Below are positions 62,167 to 64,000 of a stretch of DNA of 64,000 nt, piece after piece. Source of the DNA: Octopus bimaculoides (lineage: Eukaryota). The translations under genes and the position numbers were made by a program. Below the pieces are notes generated by a model, which ran no database searches, was not told the DNA's origin, and worked only from the letters and a program-made list of their open reading frames with translations. Positions within the stretch are counted from its first letter, which is position 1, and each line of letters opens with the position of its first letter. The DNA lies in NCBI RefSeq assembly GCF_001194135.2, contig NC_068982.1:150844417-150908416 (forward strand), written 5' to 3'.

Positions 62167-63660
62167 CTTGAAAAATATATGAAATTGATAAAAATGTTAT
62201 ATATCTGCATTTCCCAGATGATTCATTAAATATTTAAGTAATTAAAATTTTTTGTATGTTTCCTATTGCACAGGAGTTTAATTGGTTTATTCCTATATCC
62301 AAATATCTATATTATCCCTGGTGAGATTTGAATTCAAACAAAGGATGTTGGCATCCTTATCCACTAAGCTAATGGTACATGTTCAATTTCTAGACTTATG
62401 TTCAATTTTTCAGTAACTACTTGAGCATCAGGAGTGAAATTCCCTACCTTTAAGACCTTGCTATATATCATAAAGCAATGCATTATAACTCTTATGGAAA
62501 CACATTCAACAACAAACAAAACAGATGTAGAATTATACATACCAAAGTATGCTATTGGACCAACAAGAAAGAAAGTAGTCAAGGCAGAGTTGTAGTGTGC
62601 ATTTATGAAGATGTCACACTTTTAGCTGTTACATCAGACTATATTTGTAGCACACTAACAGTACATATTGGGTAACTAAACACACAAATATGTAGAACAT
62701 GTCTCTCACCAGATGACTCTAATCCTGGTATTTGTGAAGAGTTTTAGAAAGATAGAAAAATATCAGTGAAAATGAATCACCAAACTACTGTTTTCCTTTT
62801 GGGCGACTTCAGTTTTACCAACATCAAATTATGTCAGGGTCACAGTCTGTCTCAGAAGTATTACATGACTGAAGATGATCAGAATCTTGAACTAATCAAT
62901 ATACTGTTCAGAGTACAAATGATTCTCTATCCAGCAACAAGACACACTCTACATCTCTGCTTCAAATTTAATGTAGAGTTTGTCCACAATATGAAGTGAC
63001 TCATACAATCTATGATTCTAAGCAGAGTTAACAATGAATGGCACCTTACATGAACCAAACCAGCTAAGTTCATCTAGCCAGAATTTCCACAAGTTAGACT
63101 GAAAATTATTTGAGAAAACAATCTACAGGATTTCCATGCAAGACAACAACATGAAACTGAAGCAATTATTAAAAATACATTGAATATGTCCCAGAGAAGA
63201 AGGCCAAGGATTATATTATTCTAAAACAGAAAAATTCTGACATGAAGATCAGAGGTCTCAAATTGCTAAAAACTAGCTGAAGACTGCCGTCCGTAGAAAT
63301 ACAAAATGAGAGAACAGAGACAGAAATCAAAGCTGAGAAATCAAACACTCACCAAACAGTGGTTTATAGATTTCTGAAAGTAACGGTATGAGTGACCCTA
63401 AAAAATCCCATTATTTGATAGAAAAGTATCACTTACTACAGACCCCCAAAAGTTAAGTGGAATATTGGATAGAGTATTCAATGAACACACTGTTTTCACA
63501 ACCACACTGGAACACATACAAATAGATAAGCTACAAGAGTCCAACAGCACTGCAATTGTGTATTGGAATAAAAGATATAATATTTGCAAAAGATAAAATG
63601 AGACTGAATTGAGCAACAGGCCCAGTAAAGAATTCACTAAAAGATGAAGAGATAAAATAT

Positions 63661-64000
63661 ATCATCATCGTTTAACGTCCGCTTTCCATGCTAGCATGGG
63701 TTGGACGATTTGACTGAGGACTGGTGAAACCGGATGGCAACACCAGGCTCCAGTCTGATTTGGCAGAGTTTCTACAGCTGGATGCCCTTCCTAACGCCAA
63801 CCACTCAGAGAGTGTAGTGGGTGCTTTTACGTGTCACCCGCACGAAAACGGCCACGCTCGAAATGGTGTCTTTTATGTGCCACCCGCACAAGCCAGTCCA
63901 GGGGCACTGGCAACGATCTCGCTCGAAAATCCTACAGGAGCCAGTCAGGCGGTACTGGCAACGGCCACGCTCAAAATGGTGCATCTCATGTGCCACCCGC
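63661..64000 (-). mobile_element. Young RTE-type 3'UTR/tail, continues past the window end
   Basis: Near-identical to 5450-5790, including module order. Confidence 0.9.

Overview
This is AT-rich, repeat-dense eukaryotic genomic DNA with three assembly gaps. It is most likely from a coleoid cephalopod (Octopus-like), which I infer from the repeat families, (GAT)n-tailed RTE/SINE elements and microsatellite load. Almost the whole window is the 3' part of one intron-rich gene on the minus strand. By hand I joined 14 GT-AG exons with matching phases (62166 down to 4310, about 790 codons). They encode a long coiled-coil protein that matches my recollection of vertebrate CCDC171 along its length. 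The 5' exons lie beyond the window and the terminal exon is ambiguous. The ORF track shows only fragments of this gene; its longest ORFs are N-gap artefacts over an RTE LINE. The introns hold RTE LINE fragments and tails, tRNA-derived SINEs, four mariner remnants, several MITEs, a pogo-like TIR element, a Helentron-like element, R4/Dong and HERO-like RLE retrotransposon fragments, and Penelope-like remnants. The most notable observations are a variable array of conserved-stem hairpins in the RTE 3'UTR, two decayed minimal hammerhead-like motifs, a 40-bp fold-back hairpin built from RTE sequence, and near-identical inverted repeats bracketing in-frame exon blocks. I see no CRISPR array, rRNA or genuine tRNA gene, and no clearly new biological system. 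Coordinates were counted by hand, TE boundaries are approximate, and all homology calls come from motif recall, not database searches.
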